Positions 62,475 through 64,000 of a stretch of 64,000 nt of DNA are shown here, piece after piece; position 1 is the stretch's first letter; each line of letters begins with the position of its first letter. The stretch lies in the IMG/VR virus record IMGVR_UViG_3300011442_000009, positions 1-64,000 of that record; one strand, written 5' to 3'. A model generated the notes under the pieces. That model worked only from the letters and a program-made list of their open reading frames with translations, searched no databases and was not told where the DNA came from. Both the position numbers and the translations under genes were made by a program. This DNA is from a virus (lineage: Duplodnaviria > Caudoviricetes).

Positions 62475-63397
62475 CGGCTGAGAACCCCTTGTGGCTTGGG
62501 TGTTGTATTCTTCGGGCCGTAAACGCAGTGGCCAATGTGTCCGCATATTAATCCTAAATCGACGTAAGGCGTGTGCCCGGCCGCTTTGGCCCGAAGACAA
62601 AAGCTTACGTCTTCACCGACACCAAGAGTGTTTTCTGCCTGAGCGAGTGCAATAGCCGATTCCAGACCGCGGAGCGCGTCGTACCCTTTCGCGGCCGTGA
62701 TGGGTCCGTCGGCCAGCGCGTTCCGTACCCTCGCAACTTGATCAAGAAGGCTCGCCTCAGTCGAAGTGAACCAGTTTCCTCCAGCCTTGTTCGGGCCTTG
62801 TCGGGCGATACGCGGGAACACTTTTTCGATGTCCTCGAAAACTGTGCGGTGAGTAAGAAGGCAGCCAGTTCCAACCCATCGAGTTTCCTGAATTTTGTCA
62901 TAGGGACCTTTGCGGTAGTATTCAGCGACCTGCGGATTCGCGCTTCCCTCGTTGGTGACCGGGGGTCCGTACCGGTGACGCCCAAAATACAGTCCGCCGA
63001 CGAGAGACTTTCCGTGGCTCATGAGCCGGTCGAGAGTGTTTAAACCCATAAACTGCTCCGGAAAATCGAAGTTCGTATGAGATCGATACCAGTCGGCATT
63101 CCCGAAGGGAAGCAGCATGTCGTCGTCGACCCAAAGAGCATAATCGCACGGGGACTTTAAAAAGATTTCGGCGCAAGTGTTCCGCGTGTGTGAAATAAAG
63201 GCGTCGCCCCACGATAACAAACAGGATGTTCGCCGACGGTCTATCAATTGAGCGACACAGAAGGCCGTCATTGGCGACACGTTCTTGTGCCACGGCATGA
63301 TAATCATAACCTTCTTCGAGACCATGGCAACCGCCGCAGATTTATCCGCCAGGAGCCCGGGTCCTCCTCCTGTTTTATCTGAAAATCCTAACTCCAT
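62471..63397 (-). CDS. GT2-like glycosyltransferase
   Basis: YALWVDDDM, WVGTGCLL..R.VFE, GEDVSFCLRAKAAG...VDLGLICGHIG. Confidence 0.8.
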   Translation of the reverse strand: MELGFSDKTGGGPGLLADKSAAVAMVSKKVMIIMPWHKNVSPMTAFCVAQLIDRRRTSCLLSWGDAFISHTRNTCAEIFLKSPCDYALWVDDDMLLPFGNADWYRSHTNFDFPEQFMGLNTLDRLMSHGKSLVGGLYFGRHRYGPPVTNEGSANPQVAEYYRKGPYDKIQETRWVGTGCLLTHRTVFEDIEKVFPRIARQGPNKAGGNWFTSTEASLLDQVARVRNALADGPITAAKGYDALRGLESAIALAQAENTLGVGEDVSFCLRAKAAGHTPYVDLGLICGHIGHCVYGPKNTTPKPQGVLSR

Positions 63398-63939
63398 GCT
63401 TTTCCTTTTCGTAAATTCTCTTGTTTAAACAACGGCTGCGTATTTGACCAATTGAAACACTGTCTCTGTTGGCCGGGATCTCTAAGATCGAAACTGGCGC
63501 AAGGGCGTTTGTGATCCACATGCCAAACTCGACCGTAGTTTTCCCAGCTCATCCCCGGTTTGAACTGCCCGGCTAGGTACTCTCGGTACTCTTCGATACC
63601 GCAGCCCAGCAGCTCTATAGAGCTGCCGTGTTTTACGCTATCTCGAAGCGCCGCCCGGACACGGCTCCTGAGAGTCCACATAAGTCGAAACCCACTGTCG
63701 GTTTTTAGCCGATTTTTAATATACCGTCGGTTTGAGGCTCGGTACTTGATCGCGTTCCGGTGATACCGGGCTAGGGACATCTTACGACTCCGGGCCACGT
63801 CAGAATAGTAGCTCTTTTCTTTGTGCCGCCTAGTTCTTTCCGGATTCTCTCGTCTCCGGTCGCGTTGCAGTTTCCACCTACGCCGCACCGCCAATAAGAG
63901 CGCGGCGCGGTGGAAATCGAATGTCAATTCTTGGCCCAC
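63388..63939 (-). CDS. HNH/endonuclease VII-like homing endonuclease (prasinovirus-type)
   Basis: ELLGC...YL..QF..GMSWENYG..WHVDHKRPCASFDL....Q..CFNWSNTQPL...ENL.KG. Confidence 0.85.
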   Translation of the reverse strand: MGQELTFDFHRAALLLAVRRRWKLQRDRRRENPERTRRHKEKSYYSDVARSRKMSLARYHRNAIKYRASNRRYIKNRLKTDSGFRLMWTLRSRVRAALRDSVKHGSSIELLGCGIEEYREYLAGQFKPGMSWENYGRVWHVDHKRPCASFDLRDPGQQRQCFNWSNTQPLFKQENLRKGKAWS

Positions 63940-64000
63940 GCTAGAACCTTATCAGATCTTATGTGTTTTCCCAACTACTTTTTAAGTGGCGGCTCCGGTG

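Noticed and set aside
1-64000. Alternative genetic code (stop-codon reassignment)
   Set aside because: TAA, TAG and TGA all terminate well-packed genes, and conserved enzymes are intact under code 11.

Overview
The whole window looks like most of one dsDNA tailed-phage genome, probably podovirus-like and circularly permuted relative to the window. No host genes, rRNA, complete tRNA, CRISPR array or integrase are seen. The plus strand (about 1.5-31.8 kb) carries early and replication genes: many small ORFs, MazG-like, HD and DUF5664-like nucleotide hydrolases, an SF2 helicase, a DUF2800-like nuclease, a putative SSB, a family-A DNA polymerase, a primase-helicase, a sigma-70-type factor, a RuvC-like resolvase, a metallophosphoesterase and a UvrD helicase. 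The minus strand (32-64 kb and 51-1051) carries late genes: a glycosyltransferase/gmd/fcl cassette, the major capsid protein, lysis-like genes, collagen, Ig and FN3 fibre proteins, tail proteins, ejection proteins, a 2622-aa polyvalent protein and a possible small terminase. Large terminase and portal are not recognised and probably lie outside the window. Ig/FN3 domain style and the lack of Shine-Dalgarno sites suggest a Verrucomicrobia-like host (inference). The most notable observations are: (1) a GDP-fucose pathway plus three glycosyltransferase-like genes directly upstream of the capsid gene; (2) a bipartite motif T[GAT]GC[GA]C-N16-CGACT[GC]T in front of eight late genes, several apparently leaderless, which is a candidate target of the phage sigma factor; (3) a giant protein whose domains are separated by seven QF[MST]PG-like linkers; (4) a structured, possibly switchable RNA with a tRNA-like minihelix where the two transcription arms converge. 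All functional calls come from visual motif recognition, with no database searches.
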